A DNA stretch of 64,000 nt, taken from positions 32,425,360 through 32,489,359 of the forward strand of contig NC_043019.1 in the NCBI RefSeq assembly GCF_006345805.1, written 5' to 3'. Origin of the DNA: Octopus sinensis. Its lineage: Eukaryota. Below, piece after piece: positions 36,155-49,309 of this stretch (within the stretch, counting starts at the first letter, position 1; each line of letters opens with the position of its first letter). Position numbers and translations under genes: made by a program. Under the pieces are notes generated by a model. It searched no databases, was not told the DNA's origin, and saw nothing but the letters and a program-made list of their open reading frames with translations.

Positions 36155-36879
36155 TAACAGGATTTTTTAGAAATATATATATATATATACACACACGACG
36201 GGCTTCTTTCAGTTTCTGTCTACCAAATCCACTCACAAGGTTTTGGTCTGCCCCAAGGCTATAGTTGAAGACACTTGCTTAAGGTGCCATGCAGTGGGAC
36301 TGAACCCAGAACCATGTGGCTGGTTAGCAAGCTACTTGCCACACAGCCACTCCTGCGCCTATGTATAATATATATTTGTCACTGGCAAGGCAAAGAAAGA
36401 CTCTTTCAAACGGAATTGGGGGCTTTGAGGGAATATACAATGAAGTAGGTAAGAGGCCAAATCTCCCAAAACTGGGTTATTCAGAAAAACAGGATTACGT
36501 AGAAGCAAATTATTGAAGGTGGGGTCAATTCTAGGATGACCTCTCAAAGCTGGATTCGGTGGGAAACTTCTCGTAGACAAAGAGCTGCAGCAGACCTAGA
36601 CTACACTAATCCCTCGTTTGAGAGCGCTGTCTTCATTTCATCAAAACTCATTTATATTTTGTAGGACTTAAGTTGGGATTAACTGTGATTATAGAAGAAA
36701 ATAATAAAAGAAAAACGAGGTTTATTTATATATATATATATATATATATACATATATATATTTAGCATTCTTGAGAAAGAAGCAACAAAAAACGGTTGTT
36801 GTTGCTGTTGTGGTGATTGTGATTGTGTTGTTTTTTGTGGTGGCGGTTTGTGGTGATATGGGTTACGATGATGATAATA

Positions 36880-37239
36880 GAGTTAATACTGATGATGATG
36901 ATGGTGATGACGATGATAGTGGTGATGTTGAAAATGATGATGATGATGATGATGGTGATAACAATGATGACGGTAGTGGTGATGTCGAAAACGATGATGA
37001 TAATGATGATGATGATGATGATGATAATAACGATGATGACGATAGTGGTGATGTTGAAAACGATGATGATGACGACGATAATGATGATGATGATATTGAA
37101 GATGATGATAATGATAGTGTTGATGTTGCTGATGATGTTGATGATGATAGTCGCAGTTGATGATGATGATGATGATGACGACGATGAATGGGTGTTAGTG
37201 GTGTTGCTTGCTGTTAAATGATAACAATGATAATGGTGT

Positions 37240-37275
<36 letters not shown>
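36880..37275. repeat. (GAT)n microsatellite with higher-order repetition
   Basis: GACG(A/G)TAGTGGTGATGT(T/C)GAAAA occurs three times within the GAT runs. Confidence 0.9.
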
Positions 37276-38595
37276 CATACCCACTTTCTACCGAAAGTTC
37301 AACTCAAAACTGAAATAGAAACCGTCCCTCTTGTGATATTTCGAGAGGAGGAAGAAGAAGAGGAGTGGGCAGTGTTGATGTTGATGTTGTAGTTGTTGTC
37401 ATTGTTTATTTATCACAGTAATTTCGACTAATGAACAATCTTTCAGTACAAGTGATATGATATCTTTAGTTTTGAAATAAATATTTAAATTTTAAAAAAT
37501 ATATTTATGTAAGGCGGTGCTCCAGCATGGCCGCAGTCAATGACTGAAACAAGTAAAAGAGTAAAAAGAGTATATATATAATTCTTCCACATCCTCCTCA
37601 TCTTCATTCTTGTCGTCATCATCGTTGTTATCCTCATCATCATCATCTTCATCATCATCATCCTATTTCTCCTCTTTTCTCCTCCTCCTCCCTCATCATC
37701 ATTCCTATAATCACTATCATTGTCATTCATCATCATCATAACAATCCTCCTTCTCTCCTCCTCCTCCTCATCATCATCATCGTCAAACCCACCACCACTA
37801 CCATTGCTATCTCCCTCCCCCCTCCTCTCCCAGCTCCCCTCCTCTCCCTGCCCTCCCCTCCTCTCCCCGCCCTACCCTCTTCTCCCGGCCCTCCCTGTCC
37901 TCTCCCCACCTTCCCCTCCTTCCCGTCCTCCTCCTCCTCCTCATCATCATCATCATGCCCACTGCCATGGCCACTGTCTCCACCACTACCATGAAGCAAC
38001 ATGAGGGCCTCTATATGGTCACTGATCTGCTAGAAATAGCAGATGAATCTCTCACAAAAATCAAACTGCTCATATAAACAACAACAACAACAACAATGAA
38101 ACATAACCCTAAGCATTCCAACCTCGCCCCCCACCCCTTTTGATATTTACATAAGACTACACAGTCATGCTGTTATTAAAACATTGTTATGAAATATAGA
38201 AATTTTATCAAATATTGTTTCAAATTTTTTCATTTTTGTGAATTTATTTCTTAAGCATGAATTTTCGTAAAATATATTCATGATAAACTACGATATTTAC
38301 TGATAATGCAATATTGTGATGCACAGCTTCCGACTGATAGCAAAGCTACCTTTTTGACTCATATCGACTCATAAGGGCTGGTTTGTTGGTTTCATGGTGT
38401 TAATATTCTCCACTGGGATGGGAAGCCTGTCCATTCCAGGACTATTCTCTTTTGGCAGCTGAGTGGACCAAAGTAACGTGAAATGAAGTGTTTGCTTGGT
38501 CCAGGAACTGAACTCACTATCTCGTGTTTGTGAGCCCGATGATCTAACCACTGAGCCATGTGCCTTCACAACTTACATCTAGTACATTTCGATGC

Positions 38596-39070
38596 AGGAG
38601 TGGCTGCATGGTAAGTAGCTTGCTCACCAACCACATGGTTCCAGGTTCAGTCCCACTTTGTGGCACCTTGGGCAAGTGTCTCCTACTCTAGCCTCAGGCC
38701 AACCAAAGCCTTGTGAGTGGATTTGGTAGATGGAAACTGAAGGAAGCCTGTCGTATATATGTATATATATATATATATATATATAGATATATATAAAGTT
38801 AATCCAAACCAGAAAACAAAAAGACAACAACGCAAGGATGTGGAACAAATAAAGTATTATTGGACGCTCAGGAAAGAAGGGAAGAATATATATGATATGT
38901 TGTGTGTATGTATATGTATATGTATGCGTGTGTATATATTTGTGTGTCTGTGTTTGTCCCCCTCACCATTACTTCAAAACTGATGCTGGTGTGTTTATGT
39001 CCCCGTAACTTAGCGGTTCGGCAAAAGAGACCGAGAGAATAAGTACTACGCTTACAACGTATAAGTCCTG
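38596..39070 (+). mobile_element. Bipartite SINE with an internal TA/TG microsatellite that hosts a Penelope-like fragment (38796-38885)
   Basis: Head GGAGTGGCTG..GGTAAGTAGCTTGC..., microsatellite, then the GTTTGTCCCC...AACTTAGCGGTTCGGCAAAAGAGACC body. Confidence 0.75.
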
Positions 39071-39764
39071 ATCCTACGACCGCAAGTCCACTGCGCTAAC
39101 CACTGGGCCATTGCACCTCCACGTTGGAAAGAAGAAGAAGAAGAAGAAGAAGAAGAAGAAGAAGAAGAAAAGAAGCAAGAATTGTGATGCGAGGGAGTCA
39201 ATTCGATTCTGTAAGTCTGTTAGAGTTGGACTAAAAACAAACGTTTGTTTGTTGTTTCAACAAGGAGACACAGAATGCAATAAATAGTTTTGCCAGCTAG
39301 CTAAATATCTGGAGCTCAGGTAGAGAGAGAGAGACTTCTCTTGGCACACAACAAAATCTAATTGGTTTTAATAGCTTTGACAAATACCGAAATAGCATTA
39401 ACAGGAAATGTGTGTTTGCTTGTATGTAGATGTATGTGTTTGTGTGTGTGTGTGGGGGGCGGTTATGTGAGTGTTTGGGTGTGTGTGTATGTGTGTGTGA
39501 TGTGTTTGTGTATAAGAATGTGTTATGTGTGTGTATGTGTGTGTGCTTCATGGAGAAGTGTCAAAAGGAGAGAGAGAAAGAGGGTAAGAGAGAGGGAGGG
39601 AGAAGGAGAGGGGCGAGAGAGAGAGGAGAGAGAGAGGGAGGGAGAAACAGAGGGGGAGAGACAGAGACTGATGAAAGCTGTAAGATGACTATGAGAGAAA
39701 AACAAATATAGTTTTTGTCTCTAACTTATGTACATATATATGTATGCATGCATGTATGTATAAA

Positions 39765-39808
<44 letters not shown>

Positions 39809-40097
39809 TCATCATCGTTAAACGGCTGTTTTCCATACTAGCATGAGTTGGACGGTTCGACCAGGAGGCTGCGCCAGACTCCAGTCTGATCTGGCAGTGT
39901 TTCTACAGCTGGATGCCCTTCCAACGCCAACCACTCTGTGAGTGTAGTGGGTGCTTTTTACGTGCCACTGGCACAGGGGCCAGAGGAGGCTGGCAAGCGG
40001 CCACAATCGGTTGGTGCTTTTTACGTGTCACCGACACGCACGCCAGTTAGGTGGCACCGCTTTTAAGGATTATTTCTTAAGTATGTATATATATATC

Positions 40098-40136
<39 letters not shown>

Positions 40137-40244
40137 GCCAGAGTAAGCACATAAATGTAAAACAAGGTGGGAAAAAATAGTACTCGAATACCAGAGGTAG
40201 AGTATTATGCTTTATTAATAAAGCATATATATATATATATATAT

Positions 40245-40890
40245 TCCCCTTCTTCTCTCTCTTCCTCTTGCTCCTCCTCCCCCATTCCCGTCGTCCATCT
40301 GCGACAATACTTCCGTCGTAACTGCTATCCTGTCTTTTCTCGCCCGCCTTGTAAGGCTACTGGTCGACACATTTTCTCTCTCTCGTCGTCCACGATAATC
40401 CAGCGTTTGCAATACTTTTTTCGTCTGGCGTTAACAGCCCTTCTATCTTGTTCTCCTTGTCCTGTCTCTCACTGTTATATATTTATTTTTCCACTGTTTA
40501 TATATATATTTTTTACTGTTTATATGTTTGTACTGTCGTTACCGTCTTGCTTTTTTTTACCCCTCTGCGAAAAGATCTCAGAATTTTAATTGATTTGCTT
40601 TTCGCGGGAAGGAAGTTTTCTTCGAAGTATACGTCTCGCTTTTATCCTTCGAAACGTTTAGTAGATGAAATCTTAGCGACTGAAGAAGGGGATTTTTCGT
40701 TGTGCTTATTGTCCTGTATCTCTCTTTTGTTTTTTTTTTTTTTGCTTGTCTTGTTCCTTGGTTTGTGTCTATGTGTTTCGTCTCTCTATGTGTTCGACGT
40801 CTTTTTGGTGTCCTGTACACATATATGCGTGTATATGTACATGTAGAGGTAGGTACGTACATATATGTTTATATATATGCATATGTTCTA
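40245..40890 (+). mobile_element. TA-flanked non-coding element; diverged minus-strand relative at ~48445-48685
   Basis: Both share TTTGC..GCGGGAAGGA...CCTTCGAAA...TAGAT..AA...CTGA(A/T)GAAGG...CCTGTAC.CATATATGC; CpG-rich relative to the flanks. Confidence 0.6.
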
Positions 40891-41332
40891 TTTTATTAAC
40901 ATATATATATATATATATATATATAAATCTAAAAATATAGGATAAAAATTAAATATTAATGTTTACCAGTCGCCTGCATGAGTAAAAATGTCTGTAGACT
41001 TCAAATATTAATATGTTATATGTGTGCATAAAAATTATACATGTAAAGAAAGGCCAGTAAGTGGTTTTCCAACATGCTAGAAATAGGAGTTAAATCCCAA
41101 ACCACGAAAAAAACTGATTCTTATTTTAGCATGTTGAATGTAGGGGTGGGGAGAAAGAGAAGAGGGAAAAGGAAGAAGACGAGGAGGAGGAGGAGGGGGA
41201 AGAAAAATCGGAGGAGGAAGAGGAGGGAGGAGAAGAGGAGGAGGAAAAAGAAGAATAGTGGAAGTAGAAGGAGGAGGAGGAGGAGGAGGAGGAGGAGAAG
41301 AAGAAGAAGAAGAAGAAGAAGAAGAAGAGAAG

Positions 41333-41363
<31 letters not shown>

Positions 41364-41588
41364 TGAAGAAGAAGAAGAAGTGGTCGGTTCCAGAACTGAT
41401 GCCCCCCCCACCACCTACAACATAGGAGAAGAGGCAGACAGGTGGCAGTGGGTTCACTCATCAATCACATAATACAGGGAATCAAAAAAGAAAAAAGGGC
41501 ACTCAGCCCTGAGCCTTCTTCCAATTCCATATCATGATCATCATTATCATCACGATCATGATCGCAATCATCATTATTATTATTATTA

Positions 41589-41672
<84 letters not shown>

Positions 41673-42174
41673 ATTTCTGTGGGTCTTTTTTTTTTTATCG
41701 TTGGGTGGCTTATGATTAATCATATGCTCTTTAGATATTCATTTGAGGGTGAAAACATGTTTGTTGACACAAGCTTAAGACATCAAAGGCCTGAGTTGTT
41801 TGCTGAATCAAATTGAAAACTGGAACTTTTGTAGGTTCTGGAAGCAGCAGTGTAGAAAAGTAGGAAAAGCAGTAGTAGCAGCAGTAGTTAGTGGTAGTGG
41901 CTGTAACATTAGCTTGGTGTGATTCTGTTGGGATCTCTGCCACGTCTATATACTAGCAAATAATAGCACGAGCTGTAGTGGTAGAGTGTTGCATGGCTCA
42001 ATGCTGATCGGATTAGGAGGAAACCAGATGCTGCCAATGATAAGGTCAGTTCTTGAAGACAGGCTTCAGTCAACGAAATGACAACTACTGGATTTTAGTT
42101 TTATTTTTTGTTCTGTGTTTCTTTTTTTTTGTTTTCCGAGGTGAAATTAACTGTGCTTTGCTTCAAAGAATTCC

Positions 42175-42620
42175 ACCACCACCACCACCACCACCACCAG
42201 CAACAACAACTACCACCACAACAACAACCACAAACATCACAACAACCACCATAACCACAGTCACCGCCATCACCACCGCCAACACCTCCACCACTACCAC
42301 CACCACCACCCCAACAACAAAAACTACCACAACCATCACCATCACAACCATGACCACAAGCACAATCACCACAGCTACCACCACCACCACCACCACCACC
42401 ACAATCACCACTGCCACTACCATCACCACTACCACCACAAGCACAATCACCACCACTACCACCACCACCACCACCTCCGCCACCAGCACTACCAGCAGCA
42501 CCACCACAACAAGAACAGCAACAACCACCACAACCACAACCATTACTACGACAACCACAATCACCACTGTCACGATCACCAGCAATAGCACCAGTACCAC
42601 TACCAGCACCACCACTACCG
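42175..42620. repeat. Degenerate (ACC)n array; similar arrays at 45878-46300 and 50440-50560
   Basis: Direct reading. Confidence 0.95.
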
Positions 42621-43012
42621 CAGCCTTGGCTAATGAACTTCTCATTGCCTCTCCCTAAAACCTTTCTTTCTTGAATGTAAATGGTGTTGACTATACCGCT
42701 TCCTGCACCGCCGACAACATCATCTATGAAAACAACAACAGCAACAGCAACAACATACAATGTTAGCCCCCTCGGTTTCCTATCGAACCACTCTTTTCCT
42801 TTACAAAGTTAATCAACTTTACTTAGATTTTAGGTGATGTATTCTGCCCCACCCCTCTAAACACCTCCGAACTAATCTGAAAGAAAAAAAAAATGACAGG
42901 TCAAACAATTCTGATTCGACCCAGCCAATGGAAAGTGGTTGCAAAAGTAGCCCCAAAATTTTTCACAAATAAAATTGGTTCTTTCCAGTCCTATTACCAA
43001 AACAAACACATG

Positions 43013-43060
<48 letters not shown>

Positions 43061-44101
43061 TATCAGATTTGCTTGTCAGTTGTTTGACCATAACCAATTG
43101 AGCATGTCCGTTAGTGGCTGACGATATATGCATCTCTGATCGCGAGCAGAAATAATGGGGGAGCATCATAGCCATGTGTTGACAGGGATTCTTTGGGGTT
43201 TGAATAATTCACCTCTGGAAACATGGGTGTTTCGTTCAACATCCTTAAACAACCCTTATTCAGGGACCTTTAGAGCGGGATGGGTTACTCGACCAGAAGA
43301 AAATTCTAACTGGGCCCCACCTGCAAGGTCATGTGCTGTTTATCTTGATATAAGATCACCATATTCATATTATTGCACACATGGTTGTGATGCATGAGGT
43401 GAGGGATTACCATATAAGGAAATATAAAAATATGAAGAAACAAAAACCCCTAAAAACCAGATCACTGCATCCAATTGGGTTTAAGTTTAGTTTACTGTAT
43501 TTTCCAGCATATAAGCCAACATTGGATACCATGTAAACATGTGGCGTAAACATTCAAACATCATCATTATCTTTCTAAATCCTGCTGCATTTTACATGGT
43601 GTTTTTGGTCTTCCTAAGATGTCTTGGTGTATAAGTTGATCTATGTTTCCCTGGCTGTAAATTTTGGTATAAGTATTTGACTTGTATGCCAAAACATATG
43701 GTATGAAAACATCCATTTATGTAAGTGATCAAGCTTTGGAATGATGAAGACAGATATCTATAGTGAAAGGGGTGTAGTGTCATTGTACTGGGAATATCCA
43801 GCAATCAGGCAGTGTCATGATTCGCTGGAATGTTACTCATGTGATAAACAAAATCTGTCCAATTAAGACTTCACTTACGGCATGCTCCTTTCTGAGACCC
43901 TCAATCAGTATAGAATCAACACACATGTGACCACTAGATAGAGAGCTTTAGGATGTAGCAGAGAGAGCATGAGATGACACAGCAGATGTGCAGTGAGCAA
44001 GGCACAAGCAGTGGCTGAACCAGGCTAACTTCAACATAATCAATTATCAGAAACACAATGATTAGCAGTTAACTTTTTGAACACGATGATAATTACACTA
44101 A

Positions 44102-44465
44102 GGGTACTATTTGGTTATCTCACCCCCATTAAAAAATTGCCATTAAAAAACTGGGTTATCTCCCCTCTAAAAAATTGAGTTTATGTGGTGACAAGAGATT
44201 GGATTAAAAGAGTTAGATCCTTTTGATTCAATACTTCAACAGATTTTTGACTTTTGGTCCCTTCAATAGGAATGGTATGATTTGTTATAAAAATGTTATC
44301 AGATTCAATATAAGGCTTCATAATTTCACTTTCTTTTTTTTTGTTTTATTAATGGTTAAATAATGCTTTTAATTGAGGGAGACAACCAAAAGTATTGATA
44401 TTTCTCGTAAAGCATGAGGAGATAACCCAGTATTTTAATGGGGGTAAGATAACCAAAAAGTATCA
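44102..44465. mobile_element. MITE with imperfect ~30-bp TIRs and subterminal GGTTATCTC repeats
   Basis: GGGTACTATTTGGTTATCTCACCCCCATTAAAA versus TTTTAATGGGGGTAAGATAACCAAAAAGTATC. Confidence 0.65.
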
Positions 44466-44659
44466 CACAAAGAACAATAACATCCAAACTCTCTCAACAT
44501 TTGTCATTTATAGTAACGAAAGTATTAATGGACTAAGTGGAGCAGGAGCATACATGAGGATGGAAGGTGTTACTGAAGAGGTCACAGATGTGTGATGAAA
44601 GATTTCCGGACAATGGATATGAGTTAGAATAAGAACAGTCATGGCACTCTGTTGGCTAT

Positions 44660-45000
44660 GGTAACAAAGGTTCCAGTTGATCTGATCAACGGAAGAGCAT
44701 GCTCGTGAAATTAACGTGTAAGTGGCTGAGAACTCCACAGACACGTGTATCCTTAACGTAGTTCTTGGGGAGATTCAGCGTGACAAGGCTGGCCATTTTG
44801 AAATACAGGTACAACAGAAACAGGAAGAAAGAGAGAAATTTGTGGTGAAAGAGTGCAGTAGGGTTCATCACCATCCTCTGCTGGAGCCTTGTGGAGCTTT
44901 AGGTGTTTTCGCTTAATAAACACTTGCAACGCCCAGTCTGGGAATCAAAACCATGATCCCATGAGTTCGCTGCCCTAACCACTGGGCCATTGCGCCTCCG
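44660..45000 (-). mobile_element. tRNA-derived SINE (GGAGGCGCAATGGCCCAGTGGTTAGGGCAGCG head), tail type A
   Basis: A/B-box-like head; body shared with copies at 48825, 54279, 59521 and 63690. Confidence 0.8.
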
Positions 45001-45724
45001 CATAAGAACAGTAATAAATGAGTGAAGAATGAATATATAATGAGTGTGTTTATTCGGTCATTCTGGAGCATCGCCTTGGAGGGTTTTTGGTCGAACAAAT
45101 TGACCCCAGGGTTTACTTTTTAAGCCTGGTACTTATTCTATTGGTCTCTTTTGCTGAACTGCTAGATTATGGGGACATAAAAACACCAATACTGGTTGTC
45201 AAGCAGTGATGGGGGGGAGGGGCAAACATAACACAAAGACACACACACACACACGAAGGGCTTCTTTCAGTTTCTGTCTACCAAATCCACTCATAGGACT
45301 TTGATTGGCCCAAAGCAATAGTAGTGGGATTGAACCTGGAACCATGTGGTTTGAAAGCAAGCTTCTTATCACACAGTCAACTGTAAAAGTTGTTGTCAAA
45401 AATCTCAATAGATTTCATTGTCTTCTTCTGTGCACAACAGTTGACCTCCTACGCTAGAAATAGCAGTCAGCTCAACCAGGACCAGCTATACTATGTGTGG
45501 TGGCCATCATCTCTAGTTCTTATTACAGAGGATAAAACAGTGCAAGGACAAGGATGAGAACCACGATGATGATGATGATGACCACTACGATGACCTTGAT
45601 TGTAATGATGATGATGATGATGATGAAAGCAACACCAGCCTCAACGAAGATGATGATGACGATGACAACTGTAGCGAAATAAACATACTAATTCACCTAA
45701 ACTAACTAGCCAGCTCACCAGGCA

Positions 45725-45725
45725 A

Positions 45726-45793
<68 letters not shown>
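45725..45793. repeat. (CCAG)n tetranucleotide, perfect
   Basis: Direct reading. Confidence 0.95.
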
Positions 45794-46566
45794 GCATTGT
45801 TAAATAAACAAATATAAATGTGAGCAAAAAAAAAATTTAAAAAAAAACATGTGTACGCCTTTTCACCCTGATAACCCCACCATCACCACCACCACCACCG
45901 CCACCACCACCACCATCACAACCACCATCACCACTGCCACCGCCATCACTACCACACCACCACACCACCACCACCACCACCACCACCACCACCGCCACCA
46001 CCACCACCATCACTACCACCATCACCACTGCCACCGCCATCACTACCACACCACCACCACCACCACCACCACCACCACCACCACCACCACCATCACCACC
46101 ACCACTGCCACCGCCACTGCCATCACCACTACCACCATCACTACCACCAACAACACCACACCATCAACCACCACTACATCACCACCATCGTTACATATAT
46201 GACAACCACCACAAAAGCTGCCGACACCACCACCACCACCACCACCATCGCCATTACCAAAACACTACCACACCACTAATTCCACCGCCACCGCCGTCGC
46301 CGCCTGGGTGGGGTGGGGTGGGTGGGGGGAGTGTTCTTTCTTCTTATCTTTTTTTTTTCCCGCTTATCTCTCTTTTTTCAAGTGGAAGTTATGGAATAAC
46401 AAACACAAAAACACAAATTACACATTTTCCATTAATTGAATGATATTTTTTAGCACCAAAGCCTGTTTTTTTTTTCTTCCTCTGAACAGATGTACAATAT
46501 TATAAAAATAATAATGACAATAAAAATAAAAATAATAACAACAACAAGTTATTTTATTTTTTAAGA

Positions 46567-46616
<50 letters not shown>

Positions 46617-46658
46617 TTATTATTATTATTATCATTATTGTTATTATTATTATTATTA

Positions 46659-46693
<35 letters not shown>

Positions 46694-46876
46694 TGAATTC
46701 AGAGTTTGTGAATATTGTTGTTGCTATTGTTACTGTTGTGGTTGTTATTTTCACACTGTTCTCATCTTTTAGTATTTGCTTTATTCAATTTGACAGATGA
46801 CAAAATGCATAATAAAAGCAGGTTAAAAACCATATATTTATCATTATTATTATCATTATTATTATTATTATTATTA

Positions 46877-46914
<38 letters not shown>

Positions 46915-47415
46915 GTTACCATCACCATCATCATCGTCATCATCATTATTATTATTATTATCATTAGTTGTAGTGGTGTTTTGTTGCTAGGGCAATGAAC
47001 TGGTTTAACAGCAAGCACTTAGTAAACATTTCAGGATTATCTCCCTTGTCCTTCTTGTTCAGAATTATGAATTAATGCCTCCAGTAATGCGGAGTAATTT
47101 TTAAATGGGATTAATTCTAATCAATTAAATTTTCCTTGCTCATTTACAATAAGTGTGCCAACAGAAACATCTAATCCTTTATTATTCAGATGACTCTGAT
47201 GAACACTAGCCCAGCAGAATGGACCGAGTGCTTTCCATGCGGCACAAGCACAGGCGAGGTTAGTTTTGGCATGGTTTTTACTGCTAGATGCCCTTCCAAA
47301 TGCCTTTCCATATATACATATATTTATATATATATACAGTGCTGGTACCATGTGAAAAGCATCCAGTCTAAATTGTAAAAGCATCTAGTCTACACTGTAA
47401 AAGCATCATACATAT

Positions 47416-47646
47416 TATTTCTTTACTACCCACAAGGGGCTAAACACAGAGGGGACAAACAAGGACAGACAGACGGATTAAGTCGATTACATTGACCTCA
47501 GTGCGTAACTGGTACTTAATTTATCGACCCCGAAAGGATGAAAGGCAAAGTCGACCATGGCGGAATTTGAACTCAGAACGTAACGGCAGACAAAATACGG
47601 CTACGCATTTCGCCTGGTGTGCTAACGATTCTGCCAGCTCGCCGCC
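47416..47646 (-). mobile_element. Full-length tRNA-derived SINE with target-site duplication
   Basis: Minus-strand head GGCGGCGAGCTGGCAGAATCGTTAGC; TSD GCATCATACATAT at 47403-47415 and 47650-47662. Confidence 0.9.
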
Positions 47647-47707
47647 AAGGCATCATACATATGTCTGTGTGTCTGTCTGTATATTTATCTGTCTTTCTAT
47701 CTATCTA

Positions 47708-47739
<32 letters not shown>

Positions 47740-48024
47740 CTGTTTAACATCTGTCTTCTATGCTGTCATGGGTTGGACGGTTTGACAGGGACCTGCACCA
47801 GATTTCTGTGTCTGCTTTGGCAGGGATTTTTTATAGTCGGATGCCCTTCCTAACACCAACCACCCAGCAGAGTGGATGGAGTGCTTTTTAAGTGGCATCA
47901 GCACTGGCAGGGTCACCAAGTAACTTGCAAGACAAAGATTCTGCGAAAAGGGAGGGGGGGACATTGGAGGAGGTGATCTTGTGTCAGATGATGAAAGTTT
48001 ATAGCAAATACATACATACATATA

Positions 48025-48425
48025 TACTCTTTTACTTGTTTCAGTCATTTGACTGTGGCCATACTAGAGCACCGCCTTTAATTGAGCAACTCGACCCCGC
48101 GGCTTATTCTTTTGTAAGGCCAGTACTTATTCTACCAGTCTCTTTTGCCGAACCGCTAAGTAATGGGGACATAAACACACCAGCATCGGTTGTCAAGCAA
48201 TGCTAGGGGGACAAACACAGATACACAAACACACACATGCATATATATATATATATATACATATATACGACGGGCTTCTTTCAGTTTCCGTCTACCAAAT
48301 CCACTCACAAGGCTTTGGTTGGCCCGAAGCTATAGTAGAAGACACTTGCCCAAGGTGCCACACAGTGGGACTGAACCCGGAACCATGTGGTTGGTAAACA
48401 AGCTACTTACCACTCAGCCACTCCT
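48025..48425 (-). mobile_element. Full bipartite SINE with an internal microsatellite; plus-strand copies at 54786-55183 and 58889-59275
   Basis: Head, TTGGGCAAGTGTCTTCTACTATAGC core, (TA/TG)n, then a tail ending CAGTCAAATGACTGAAACAAGTAAAAGA. Confidence 0.85.
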
Positions 48426-48761
48426 ATATAAATAATATATAAATATATGCATATATACATACATATGTGTACATACCTACATATATATATGTATATATAC
48501 ATGCATATATGGGTACAGGAAATCAAAAAAGCATAGACACAATGAGAAATGAGAATGCAACATAAAGAACATTCCTTCATCAGTTGTCCCCTGTTTTATC
48601 TATTCTGCATTTCGAAGGTAAGGACAACATGCGACTTTGTTAAAACAGTCCTTCCCGCAAAGCAAATTAAATTTGGGATTTTTAGCAGTCAAGTGACTAA
48701 AGAAATTTCATTATGAACTGATGTCCTCTTAAACCTACACAACATTGATATTACTTCATCT

Positions 48762-49309
48762 TTAACCCTTCTGTTACCATTTTTCTGCTGAGATGCTCTG
48801 TGTTTCTTTCAATTAATTATAAATCACCGTGATCACCGTCCCCGACCAGGCTATCAGATGTTGCTACACATCGCTGGTTACAATGCGCTTCACATTGTTT
48901 TAGCCTTCAAATGACGCCACCCCGCTGGCTAAGTGAGCAGGCCAACAGAAGAAAGAGTGAGAGAAAGTTGTGGCGAAAGAGTACAGCAGGGATCGCCACC
49001 ACCCCCTGCTGGAGCCTCGTGGAGCTTTAAGTGTTTTCACTCAATAAACACTCACAACGCCCAGTCTGAGAATTGAAACCGCGATCCTGCAACTGCGAGT
49101 CCGCTACCCTAACCACTGGGTTATTGCACCTCCACTAATTATGAATATAATGAAGAATTTAGTAAAATAACTTGGTTATCATTAAGCTAGTGTTAGGAGT
49201 ATAAATGGTGTCTAAGGTTTGGTGGAAAATTTTAATTCAGAGCTTTTGAAAGCAAGACATTTGTATATTTCAGAGCCAGTTTCAGCCAGGTTGGTATCGA
49301 AAGGGTTAA
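48762..49309. mobile_element. piggyBac-like MITE interrupted by a SINE (48825-49135, minus, tail type B)
   Basis: TTAACCCTT...AAGGGTTAA ends; the SINE is flanked by the TSD TAATTAT(A/G)AAT. Confidence 0.85.

Larger units (their letters stand above)
35594..36174 (+). mobile_element. Retrozyme/Penelope-like element: 104-bp direct repeats 477 bp apart, each containing a hammerhead
   Basis: 35594-35697 and 36071-36174 differ at 3 positions; the element is flanked by TA/TATG microsatellites and has no credible ORF. Confidence 0.8.
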
